From Sulfurimonadaceae bacterium (lineage in GTDB: Bacteria > Campylobacterota > Campylobacteria > Campylobacterales > Sulfurimonadaceae), in contig JBFFSC010000001.1 of NCBI GenBank assembly GCA_041572615.1, forward strand, positions 6,050-70,049: a stretch of 64,000 nucleotides of DNA, written 5' to 3'. The notes below the pieces were generated by a model, which made no database searches, had not been told where the DNA came from, and saw only the letters and a program-made list of their open reading frames with translations. This document shows, in pieces, positions 28,736 to 37,451 of this stretch. The first letter of the stretch is position 1. Each line of letters begins with the position of its first letter. The translations under genes and the position numbers were made by a program.

Positions 28736-30084
28736 GACGCATTCTTTGGTTTCGACGCGATCTCAGGGTTTCAGACAACCCTCTCTTGGCATTGGGTGGA
28801 GAGGTCTTGCCGATCTTTATCTTTGATAAAAACATCCTGACACCGCTTGATAGAGAGGATAGACGCATCTCATTCATCTTCTTTCATGTACTCAAACTAA
28901 AAGAAGAACTTCAGCAAAAAGGGCTTGATCTTAAACTCTTTTTTGCAGATCCGATCGAAGTCTTCACCTCCCTCGCTGCACTTGGTTTTGATGAAGTCGC
29001 AGCCAGTGGCGACTATGATACTTACGCCAGAGACAGGGACCGCAAAGTCTCTCACATCCTGCCGTTTAATTATGTGCACGACACCTATATCTTCAGACCC
29101 GACGAGATACTCAAACCAGACCATACACCCTATCTCGTCTTCACCCCTTTTTACAAGAAAGCAAAATCTCTCTTCACGAAGGCACACCTGCAAAGCCACC
29201 CTTTTGTCGAACAGACACTCTACCCAAGTGATTATGATGGTATCACTCACCTTGGAAGTGAGCAGCAAGAGACCCGCAAGATAGAGATTGCTTCCATCGG
29301 ATTCAGGTCTGTGCCCTGCCCACATGAGGATCCCCATACGCTATTAAACACTTTTGATCTGCAAAACTATGAAAAGCACAGAGATGTTCCCTACCTTCAC
29401 AGCACTTCAAAACTTAGTCTTCATCTGCGTTTCGGCACACTTTCCATCCGTGATCTCTTGCGCTTTTTAAGCACTCAAAAGAGAGCAGGTATTCCCACAG
29501 AGCCTTTTTTCAGACAACTTGTCTTCAGAGAGTTTTACGCCTATCTCCTCTACCATTTTCCGCGTGTTGAAAAAGAGAACTACAAATACAGTTTTGAAGG
29601 TATCCCCGATAAAAAAAGATATGCAGATTTTTGTGAGGCAAATACAGGTGTTCCTATTGTCGATGCCGGTGTCAATGAACTTTTACAGACCGGATATATG
29701 CATAACCGCGTTCGCATGATATGTGCTTCTTTTTTCACAAAAGACCTTCTGCTTCCATGGCAATGGGGAGAGACCTTCTTCGCAAAGCACCTTCTTGATT
29801 ATGACGCGGCATCCAACATTCTCTCATGGCAATGGAGTGCCGGTACAGGTATAGACCCGCAACCCTATTTTCGTATTTTCAACCCCTATCTTCAAAGTAA
29901 GAAGTTTGACAAAGAAGCCTGCTACATCAAAGCCTACTGTCCTATGCTTAACACAGTCGAAGCGAAACTCCTGCATGATGAAGAGGCACTGTTTGAGCAT
30001 ACTCTGCCTGGTTACCCAAAACCTATCATCAGACATAAAGAGGCTGTACAAAAAGCATTGATCCACTTTAAAAAAGGGCTTTAG
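28732..30084 (+). CDS. phrB: deoxyribodipyrimidine photolyase (class I CPD photolyase/cryptochrome family)
   Basis: WFRRDLRVSDNPLL, TGVPIVDAGVNELLQTGYMHNRVRM, WQWSAGTG, PYFRIFNP. Confidence 0.9.
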   Translation: MRRILWFRRDLRVSDNPLLALGGEVLPIFIFDKNILTPLDREDRRISFIFFHVLKLKEELQQKGLDLKLFFADPIEVFTSLAALGFDEVAASGDYDTYARDRDRKVSHILPFNYVHDTYIFRPDEILKPDHTPYLVFTPFYKKAKSLFTKAHLQSHPFVEQTLYPSDYDGITHLGSEQQETRKIEIASIGFRSVPCPHEDPHTLLNTFDLQNYEKHRDVPYLHSTSKLSLHLRFGTLSIRDLLRFLSTQKRAGIPTEPFFRQLVFREFYAYLLYHFPRVEKENYKYSFEGIPDKKRYADFCEANTGVPIVDAGVNELLQTGYMHNRVRMICASFFTKDLLLPWQWGETFFAKHLLDYDAASNILSWQWSAGTGIDPQPYFRIFNPYLQSKKFDKEACYIKAYCPMLNTVEAKLLHDEEALFEHTLPGYPKPIIRHKEAVQKALIHFKKGL

Positions 30085-30110
30085 CACCTTATCCTTGCCC
30101 TTGAGCGATT

Positions 30111-30126
30111 TCGGATATATATCCGA
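30111..30126. repeat. perfect 16-bp palindrome TCGGATATATATCCGA
   Basis: Self-complementary over all 16 nt. It lies 27 nt after the phrB stop and 106 nt before the kinase start. No U-tract follows. Confidence 0.9.
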
Positions 30127-30231
30127 TACCCTCCAACGATAGGACACCTTTATGTTTATACAAGCCAAATCGGTGTAAACTAAAACCACAATGTCATCTT
30201 ATTTTCTCCAGACACACAAGAGGTTCCGCAG

Positions 30232-32172
30232 GTGAAAGACAACACAACGATTTTAACTGATGCTATCTTTGACAATGTCGACCATCTACTTATCGCTACA
30301 GACACAGAAGGTGTCATCACCAAGTTCAATAAAGCAGCAGAAAGATTCCTGGGCTATCAGGCCGAAGAACTTGTCGGCAGTATGACCCCTGCACTCTTTC
30401 ACCTTGAATCTGAGGTTGTTGAACGGGCACAACTCTTCTCCGCCGAGCTGGAACAAAATGTAGAGCCGGGATTTAAGGTCTTTGTCATCAAGACAGAGCT
30501 TGGGCTTCCCAATGAATATGAATGGACCTATATCACCAAAAGCGGTGAGCACAAACCCGTTCTTCTTTCTGTCACTGCCTTACGTGACGATAATGGCAAC
30601 ATTACAGGTTATATCGGTGTTGCCAAAGATATCTCAGAAAGCAAACGCATTGCCCAGGACCTTCACCTGAGCCAAAACAGACTCAACGAAGCCCAGCGTA
30701 TCGCAAACATAGGGAGCTGGTCCCTTTCAGCCCGATCCGGCCTTTTATTATGGTCTGATCAGATCTACAAGATCTTCGAGATCGACCCCAAGCATTTCAA
30801 ACCCTCCTATGAAGGCTTTCTAAACAGTATTCATCCTGATGACGTCGAAAAGGTCAACCAGGCCTTTAGTGCTTCTCTTGAGAACAAAACCTCTTATAAC
30901 ATCGAACATCGCCTTCTTATGAAAGACGGTCGTATCAAATATGTCATCGAACGCGGTGAAACCGTCTATTCCGATACAGGAGAAGCTCTACTGACACAGG
31001 GGACGGTTCAAGACATCACTGAACTTAAACTGGTCCAACAGAGCCTGATCGAAGCGAAAGAGGCAGCCGAGAATGCCAACCGCTCAAAGAGCCGTTTTCT
31101 GGCCAATATGAGCCATGAGATACGTACACCCCTAAATGGTATTATGGGCTTTATCGAATTACTTCAAAAAGAGGAGACCGATCCCAAGAAAAAAGATTAT
31201 CTTGATATCATCCACACCTCCTCAAAGTCCCTGCTTGTCGTGATCAATGATATTCTTGATCTCAGCAAGATCGAAGACGGGAGTATGAAAATCGAGCCTA
31301 CCGACTTCGATCTTCATCAACACCTTGAACAGCTGATCACTTTTTTTAAGTCCATCAGCGACTCAAAAGAGATTGATCTGCATTTTGAGTATCCAGAAAA
31401 GCTCCATTCCCATGTATATACCGACTCCTTGCGTTTAAAACAGATCCTTTCCAACCTGATCTCCAACGCTATAAAGTTCTCACCTGAGAACTCGACAATC
31501 ACAATCGACCTAAAACGAGAAGATGACCACCTTATCATAGCCGTAAAAGATGAAGGAATAGGCATCTCTGAAGAAGCACAAAAACGTATCTTCAATCCCT
31601 TTGAACAAGCCGAAGTATCTACCACAAGGAACTATGGAGGAACCGGTTTAGGGCTGAGTATCTCAAAAAAGCTTATCGAGCTGCTTGACGGAGAGATCTA
31701 CCTTGAAAGTGAACTTGGCAAAGGAAGTACTTTTTCTTTTTCCATCAAGGCGCCTGAAATCTGCACCCTGGAAAAACATGAACACGATGACGCCGTACCT
31801 GCACTTCAAGGGCATATCCTCGTTGCAGAAGACAACAAGACAAATCAGCTTCTTCTTACCCTCCTATTGGATGAGATGGGTCTGACCTACAGCCTCGTTG
31901 AAGATGGAAAGGAGGCCGTAGAAGCATTCAAACAATGCCCAGACTACAATCTCATATTAATGGATATCAATATGCCCAATATGAACGGCATTGAGGCAAC
32001 AGAACATATACGTCAATCAAACTATCCGCATAGGAACATACCAATTATCGCCTTGACCGCCAATGTAATGAAGGAGGATATCGATCACTACCTTGAATCA
32101 GGTATGAACGCGCATCTTTCAAAACCTATTGACAGTCACCTTTTGGCACAGGTGCTGACACAATATCTATAA
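30232..32172 (+). CDS. hybrid sensor histidine kinase (PAS-PAS-HisKA-HATPase-REC)
   Basis: GTG start after AAGAGG. Two PAS/PAC units. H-box FLANMSHEIRTPLNGI, G-boxes DEGIGI and GGTGLGLSISK, and a C-terminal REC (ILVAEDNKTNQ, LILMDINMP). Confidence 0.9.
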   Translation: MKDNTTILTDAIFDNVDHLLIATDTEGVITKFNKAAERFLGYQAEELVGSMTPALFHLESEVVERAQLFSAELEQNVEPGFKVFVIKTELGLPNEYEWTYITKSGEHKPVLLSVTALRDDNGNITGYIGVAKDISESKRIAQDLHLSQNRLNEAQRIANIGSWSLSARSGLLLWSDQIYKIFEIDPKHFKPSYEGFLNSIHPDDVEKVNQAFSASLENKTSYNIEHRLLMKDGRIKYVIERGETVYSDTGEALLTQGTVQDITELKLVQQSLIEAKEAAENANRSKSRFLANMSHEIRTPLNGIMGFIELLQKEETDPKKKDYLDIIHTSSKSLLVVINDILDLSKIEDGSMKIEPTDFDLHQHLEQLITFFKSISDSKEIDLHFEYPEKLHSHVYTDSLRLKQILSNLISNAIKFSPENSTITIDLKREDDHLIIAVKDEGIGISEEAQKRIFNPFEQAEVSTTRNYGGTGLGLSISKKLIELLDGEIYLESELGKGSTFSFSIKAPEICTLEKHEHDDAVPALQGHILVAEDNKTNQLLLTLLLDEMGLTYSLVEDGKEAVEAFKQCPDYNLILMDINMPNMNGIEATEHIRQSNYPHRNIPIIALTANVMKEDIDHYLESGMNAHLSKPIDSHLLAQVLTQYL

Positions 32173-32185
32173 ACTTGGGACTATA

Positions 32186-34018
32186 ATGAAACATACACTC
32201 TTATTTTTACTGCTGACCTCCGCCCTTTTTTCTGCAGAGATCGACACAAAGCTTTTTGAAGGTGAGAACAGAGGCGCTTATTACAAAGAGATCTCTGCCC
32301 AGATCAACACCTCGGCTCAAGACAAAGAGATACTTAAGACACAAAGAGTATTGTTGGAAAGGCTTCAAAACGAGTTTGAGAAGAAGGTTTCCATTCATGA
32401 ATATAATATTGACACCATCAAGGGTAAAGAAAACATTTCACAAGACAGCTTTCAGGATGCCATCAAGTTCCTGGCCAACCTTCGTCTGAGTACAGAAAGA
32501 TATCATGATTCTATCGAACGTCTTCAATCCAAGATCTCTTATACAAAAAACCAGATCGAGAACATCACACAGGATGAAAAGCCACACTTGCTCTCTTACC
32601 AATTACAGTTTGCATACTACAAAACACAGCAACAAAACAATGAAATAAAGGAAAAGCTGCTCAAAGCACATGATGCGCAACTCATCGATACAGTCATATA
32701 CGCCCTGCCATCTGTGAAGTGCCCTCTTATCAAAAATCTTGATGAAGAGATAGAAGTTGCACAAAACAAAATTTTAAAGTTGGGAAAGAAGAAGATCTTT
32801 CTCGAGATCGAACGGGAAAAAGAGGTATTAGACAATCCTAAAAACGCCGAGATACTTCAAAAAAGTTGGACCCAGGTCCTTGATGATTTTGAAGAAGCTT
32901 TACTTAACAAGATTGTGCTCATGACCTACAAATCGGTCTGTCTGCTACAGGCCAAGAAGAACAAGGCCTTTTTTGATCTTCTTGCTGCCATCGAAGAGAA
33001 CATGAAGGGTCTCTCTCAGGAACAGCGTGATTATTTTGAAAAACACAAGGAGGTCCTGAAAGATATAGCCAAAGATGTTTTTGGAAGTGCCAAGCTCTTC
33101 CTCGGTGCGACTCAGCATGAGCTCAAAGAAAGTCTTGTACAACTCAAAGAGTATCTCTTCTCTACTCTTTTTGTCTTCAATGAACAGCCGATCAGCCTCT
33201 TTAGCCTTACCAAGGTCCTCTTTCTTATCATCATCAGTTTTCTTATCGGAAGCTTCTATAGAAAATGGATCATACGTATATCAAACCGTTGGCCGGATAT
33301 GAGTCAGATGTCTATCCGGCTGACATCGAATATCGGGTATTATCTTATCGTCTTCATTGGTGTGATGATCGCCATATCAAGTATCGGAATCGATATGACC
33401 TCAATATCACTCATTGCCGGTGCCCTTTCAATCGGTGTCGGTTTTGGTCTGCAGACCGTCGTCTCAAACCTCATAGCAGGTATCATCCTGATGTTTGAGC
33501 GTACCATACGTATCGGTGATACGATTGAGCTAAGTGACACCTTGCGCGGACGCGTAACTGATATGCGCATTCGTTCCACCTCAATACAGACCTTTGACAA
33601 TGTTGATATCGTCGTTCCCAATGCCTCATTTATCCAGAACAATGTTATCAACTGGACCCTTGAGGACAAGACACGCAGAATTCACATCCCTTTTGGCGTT
33701 GCCTACGGTACAGAAGTCGAAGATGTCAAGAAAGCCGTTTTGGACGAGTTAAAACAGAGTGAATTGATCTACATCAAAAACATTCCGGACAAAGAACCCG
33801 AAGTTTGGATGGTGGCGATGAACAGCAGCAGTGTCGATTTTGAACTCTTGGTCTGGGTCGAATGGGCGAGTAAGTTCCGTCCGAATGCACTCAAGTCTGA
33901 CTTTCTTATCCTGATATACAATGCATTGCGCAAGAACAACATTCAGATCCCGTTTCCACAGCTTGATCTACATGTCAAAGAAACACCTTCAAACATATTC
34001 CAAGAAATACCTAAATAG
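32186..34018 (+). CDS. mechanosensitive channel, MscS family with long periplasmic coiled-coil N-terminus (MscK-like)
   Basis: Signal peptide, then a helical region of about 330 aa, then TM helices and the MscS core GVGFGLQTVVSNLIAGIILMFERTIRIGD. Confidence 0.85.
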   Translation: MKHTLLFLLLTSALFSAEIDTKLFEGENRGAYYKEISAQINTSAQDKEILKTQRVLLERLQNEFEKKVSIHEYNIDTIKGKENISQDSFQDAIKFLANLRLSTERYHDSIERLQSKISYTKNQIENITQDEKPHLLSYQLQFAYYKTQQQNNEIKEKLLKAHDAQLIDTVIYALPSVKCPLIKNLDEEIEVAQNKILKLGKKKIFLEIEREKEVLDNPKNAEILQKSWTQVLDDFEEALLNKIVLMTYKSVCLLQAKKNKAFFDLLAAIEENMKGLSQEQRDYFEKHKEVLKDIAKDVFGSAKLFLGATQHELKESLVQLKEYLFSTLFVFNEQPISLFSLTKVLFLIIISFLIGSFYRKWIIRISNRWPDMSQMSIRLTSNIGYYLIVFIGVMIAISSIGIDMTSISLIAGALSIGVGFGLQTVVSNLIAGIILMFERTIRIGDTIELSDTLRGRVTDMRIRSTSIQTFDNVDIVVPNASFIQNNVINWTLEDKTRRIHIPFGVAYGTEVEDVKKAVLDELKQSELIYIKNIPDKEPEVWMVAMNSSSVDFELLVWVEWASKFRPNALKSDFLILIYNALRKNNIQIPFPQLDLHVKETPSNIFQEIPK

Positions 34019-34117
34019 TAGACAACAGGGGCACATTCTGCCCTCTTCTGCAAACAGAACAGAACAATCGGACAAACAACAAGCTCAATACATAAAATTT
34101 TACAAATATTTTCTGTA

Positions 34118-34135
34118 AAAAAAGGTGTATAATTA
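34118..34135 (+). promoter_or_regulatory. promoter-like block AAAAAAGGTGTATAATTA (-10 TATAAT at 34128-34133)
   Basis: 17/18 identical to 37405-37422. Intergenic, 156 nt upstream of ATG 34289. Confidence 0.4.
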
Positions 34136-34288
34136 GGAACTCAGATTGACGGCTTGGATATATTGGAAAAAAGCCGATGAGTCGTATTGGAGCACTGCTT
34201 GGTGTTCATGTTAATTTGGCTGTGTTTGATATCTTCTATCAAACGTTTTCTCTTGCAGATTTACTTACTATTTGTTATCGAGGACACA

Positions 34289-34537
34289 ATGAAAATTTCT
34301 GATATTACATTAGAGATGGAATTGAACGGCGTTGATGAGGCAGTGATTGCCGACATCGTAAAACTTTGTGAAAACAAAGGCTTTAACAGTGAGATTATCG
34401 ATGATGAACTTCAAAAAAGAGGTTACGAAAAACTCTTCACTGTAGATTATGATGCGTATGACGAATACGATGATTGGGAAGATGATGAGTATGCTTCTAT
34501 CGAAAAGTTCCCTCATAAAAGATCTTATATAGACTAA
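34289..34537 (+). CDS. small highly acidic hypothetical protein (82 aa)
   Basis: GAGGA lies 5 nt before ATG 34289. The C-terminal tail DYDAYDEYDDWEDDEYAS is very acidic. An in-frame TTG at 34187 would add a hydrophobic N-terminus but has no RBS. Confidence 0.45.
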   Translation: MKISDITLEMELNGVDEAVIADIVKLCENKGFNSEIIDDELQKRGYEKLFTVDYDAYDEYDDWEDDEYASIEKFPHKRSYID

Positions 34538-34545
34538 GGAAAACA

Positions 34546-34941
34546 ATGGACAACAAAGAGCTGATCCGTGCCTATTATGATATGTGGAATGAACAAAACT
34601 TTGAAAAAGCAGAGAAACTGCTTGACAAGGATATCCGATTCCGCGGTTCATTGGACATCACAGCTAACGGCATAGAAGGTTTTCTGGATTATGCCAAAAT
34701 GATCATCACAGCATTTCCGAACCTTTATCATGCGACAGAGATGACTGTCGTTGAAGGGAACATGGCTGCTGTGTATGTGACCTATACGGGTACACATGAA
34801 GGGCCCGTTTTCAATTATAAGCCAAGCGGTAATCGCATCTGTTATTCAGGGGCTTCTTTTTTTCAATTTAAAAATGGAAAGATAACCAATATTAATGTAC
34901 TTGGAGACCTAAACTCTTTACACAAACAGCTTAGCCAGTAA
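34546..34941 (+). CDS. SnoaL-like / ester cyclase (NTF2-fold) protein
   Basis: 131 aa. N-terminal LIRAYYDMWNEQNFEKAEKLL and GTHEG...P.GN, typical of ester-cyclase-type NTF2 proteins. Confidence 0.65.
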   Translation: MDNKELIRAYYDMWNEQNFEKAEKLLDKDIRFRGSLDITANGIEGFLDYAKMIITAFPNLYHATEMTVVEGNMAAVYVTYTGTHEGPVFNYKPSGNRICYSGASFFQFKNGKITNINVLGDLNSLHKQLSQ

Positions 34942-34956
34942 AAGGCTACGCTGACT

Positions 34957-35760
34957 TCAATGTCCAATCCCCGGTCCAAACCACTCGTACAGACCCATTA
35001 AGATCTCTACCGCGATCAAGACAATAATAATCCATTCAAGAAAAGAGCTGTGGTTATGGTTAGTTAGATCCATGACCATCACGATATCATCTTTGATATT
35101 ATTGAGTTTATACTCCACGACATCAAAACGGTCCTTAAGTTCAAGGGCATAAGCAAGCCTGTTGTAGAGCAGCTCAGCATCTTCATTATCCCATAATATG
35201 TTCGGCTTGTCCAAGAGGTAGAGTTCGATCAGCATGTCATGACGTATCAACACCAACTGTTTGGCAAAGCGTGCCAGCCTTGTACGCTTGAAAATAGAAA
35301 ATGTATCTGCCGCATCGATGAGTTTACGGCTCTTCTCGTAATAGTCCGAAAGCTTTTGCTCATAGAGTCCCAGTGCGACACTTTGCGAGATGACATGGGC
35401 AATGATCGTCATACTGACATGCGAATACATTTTCAATGTGATCGTCTCATTATCGAGGGTAAAGTTCACAGGAAGCGAGTTATCTATGCAAACCGGGTAC
35501 TCCTGATACAGACCATTCTGATCAAAGTTCTCCGCATCATCAACTCCGAGTAACTTTAAAGCATCAACTATCTCTTCCCTTGACCAGTTAATCATCGTCA
35601 AGACATTAAACTGTGTATACATGATCATTTTGTCATCTATCTCTACATAATAGGTCGCTTCGATGCTTTTGGTGAGACTTACACCCAGTATACGTTCGAT
35701 ATCGTCGCGTGTATAAGGGGTCGGCAGGTAAAAGGAAACAAGTTCCATCTCTTTTTTCAT
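34957..35760 (-). CDS. RMD1/DUF155 family protein
   Basis: 267 aa. The C-terminus has a coiled region plus one TM helix (LEWIIIVLIAVEILMGLYEWF), as in DUF155 proteins. The family call is by eye. Confidence 0.6.
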   Translation of the reverse strand: MKKEMELVSFYLPTPYTRDDIERILGVSLTKSIEATYYVEIDDKMIMYTQFNVLTMINWSREEIVDALKLLGVDDAENFDQNGLYQEYPVCIDNSLPVNFTLDNETITLKMYSHVSMTIIAHVISQSVALGLYEQKLSDYYEKSRKLIDAADTFSIFKRTRLARFAKQLVLIRHDMLIELYLLDKPNILWDNEDAELLYNRLAYALELKDRFDVVEYKLNNIKDDIVMVMDLTNHNHSSFLEWIIIVLIAVEILMGLYEWFGPGIGH

Positions 35761-35826
35761 AACAAATATCCCTGTATATTCATCACATGAGGCCTATAAC
35801 AGGCTCGTGTATTGTATTGAACTCTC

Positions 35827-37188
35827 TTATAGAAGAATGACACTGGCCAATCCCAAGAAACTGAAAAACCCGACAATATCGGTCACTGTTGTCAATAAAA
35901 CAGAAGAGCCGACAGCCGGGTCAATATCGGCCTCTTTAAGCAAAATAGGGATAAGTGCCCCAAAAAGGCCTGCTGAAAGAAGATTGATAACCATGGATAA
36001 CGCGATCACTACACCAAGCATAGGCATAGAGAACCATACATAGGCAATCCCTCCGATAACAAGTGCAAAGACAAGACCGTTCATCAATGCGAGATAGACC
36101 TCTTTGAAGATGGTCTCCCTGGCATCGCCTCCACTGATATCTCCAAGCGCCATCTGGCGTACCGTTACCGTCAGTGTCTGGGTACCTGCATTTCCGCCCA
36201 TTGAGGCCACAATAGGCATTAATATCGCCAGTGCGACGAGTGACTGAAGCGTCGCATCGAACATGCTGATGACAAACGAAGCAGCAATGGCAGTAGCGAG
36301 GTTGATGGCCAACCAAAAGGCACGGTGCTTACCAATATGGAACAGGCTTTCAACCTGCTCTGCTTCCTCATTCACCCCTGCGAGGTGGTAGAGCTGACCG
36401 GTCGCACGTTCTTCTATAATATCATAAATGTCATCTGAAGTGATACGTCCCAGAAGCCTGCCTTCAAGGTCGACGACGGGGACAACACCCATATCATAGT
36501 TCGATGCTATCTCCACCACTTCATGAATATCATCAACTGCCTTGACACAGACTGAGTTCACACCCTCTTTGACCAGCTCTGCATACGCCTCTTTTGGTCC
36601 AAGCAGAATCAAGTCTTCAAGCGGGATTGAACCCAAAAACACACCGACTTCATCGACGATGTAGACCTGCGATATATTATCCAGCTCTTTCGCTGCTTTC
36701 AGACGCTTGAGTCTACGGATCGAATCACCGATCTGCTCACCTACAGAAGCACTGAAAAGCTCAGTCTGCATATAGGCACCGGCTTCATATTCACCATAAG
36801 AGATCAATGATTCAAGCGTCTGCCTGTCTTCATCCGGAAGACTTTGCAGCACTTCGTCTGCCGCGACTTCATTGACCTCTTCAAAATTTCGTATCAGCTC
36901 CGCGGCATCATCCGTATCGAGAATATTTGTCAGTCCGGCTATCTCTTCGGGAGTGAAAAAATCGAGTACCTCTTCATGACAATGTTTTGGAAGTTCAATA
37001 AGAACAAGGGCTTTTAACTCTTCAGGCAGTGCTGAAAGCTTCTCCAGATAGAGTGATTCATCATATCCACGCAGTTCAAGCAGTTCTTCTGCAATATCAT
37101 AAGGGTGGATATTCGTTCCGTCACTCTCACTATAGTTCTGAACACTTGCGTCGATTGCCTCGATAAGTTCATCTACTGATCTTCGCAT
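35827..37188 (-). CDS. mgtE: magnesium transporter MgtE
   Basis: Start MRRSVDEL, preceded by AAGGAGAA. MgtE N-domain, CBS pair, and five C-terminal TM helices with DPAVGSSVLLTTVTDIVGFFSFLG. Confidence 0.9.
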   Translation of the reverse strand: MRRSVDELIEAIDASVQNYSESDGTNIHPYDIAEELLELRGYDESLYLEKLSALPEELKALVLIELPKHCHEEVLDFFTPEEIAGLTNILDTDDAAELIRNFEEVNEVAADEVLQSLPDEDRQTLESLISYGEYEAGAYMQTELFSASVGEQIGDSIRRLKRLKAAKELDNISQVYIVDEVGVFLGSIPLEDLILLGPKEAYAELVKEGVNSVCVKAVDDIHEVVEIASNYDMGVVPVVDLEGRLLGRITSDDIYDIIEERATGQLYHLAGVNEEAEQVESLFHIGKHRAFWLAINLATAIAASFVISMFDATLQSLVALAILMPIVASMGGNAGTQTLTVTVRQMALGDISGGDARETIFKEVYLALMNGLVFALVIGGIAYVWFSMPMLGVVIALSMVINLLSAGLFGALIPILLKEADIDPAVGSSVLLTTVTDIVGFFSFLGLASVILL

Positions 37189-37404
37189 ATATTCTCCTTG
37201 TTCTCTTTTATGGCTCTCACAACAGACTGCACAAAAACGGCCTGATTTCCGCCTGCCCTTATAGACTTGTGATATCTTGGAATTATACAACCTTTTTATC
37301 GCTTTGCACGGACAACTTTAATCTATAGCCACAGCCCGTCTTCAGAGATTAGAGGCAGAGTGACTGTTTATATACACACTCGATATTTTCTTTGTAAAAC
37401 AGAG

Positions 37405-37422
37405 AAAAAAGGTGTATAGTTA
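37405..37422 (+). promoter_or_regulatory. promoter-like block AAAAAAGGTGTATAGTTA (-10 TATAGT at 37415-37420)
   Basis: 17/18 identical to 34118-34135. 32 nt upstream of ATG 37452. Confidence 0.4.
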
Positions 37423-37451
37423 TATACTGTTTATTGGTAAGAAAGCAGGCG

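Noticed and set aside
30232-31000. PAS domains of the hybrid kinase next to photolyase as LOV-type blue-light sensors
   Set aside because: Neither PAS unit has a GXNCRFLQ-type flavin-cysteinyl motif. They look like generic PAS/PAC domains.
34028-34044. Hairpin GGGGCA-CATTC-TGCCCT after the MscS-family gene, as an intrinsic terminator
   Set aside because: The stem has only about 5 Watson-Crick pairs and the downstream sequence (CTTCTGC) is not a U-tract. This is too weak to call.
37306-37329. Possible sixth copy of the box (GCACGGACAACTTTAATCTATAGC)
   Set aside because: It matches GACA, TT and CTA but lacks the AAC head and the terminal AA. It lies 123 nt from the nearest + strand start and has no -10 at the fixed spacing. 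I treat it as a chance match.
37189-37451. Possible Mg2+-sensing leader (M-box) for mgtE in the divergent intergenic region
   Set aside because: The mgtE start has a strong RBS right at 37192-37200. The region to share with the divergent promoter is about 260 nt. I see no extended conserved helices. M-box elements are mainly known from Firmicutes.
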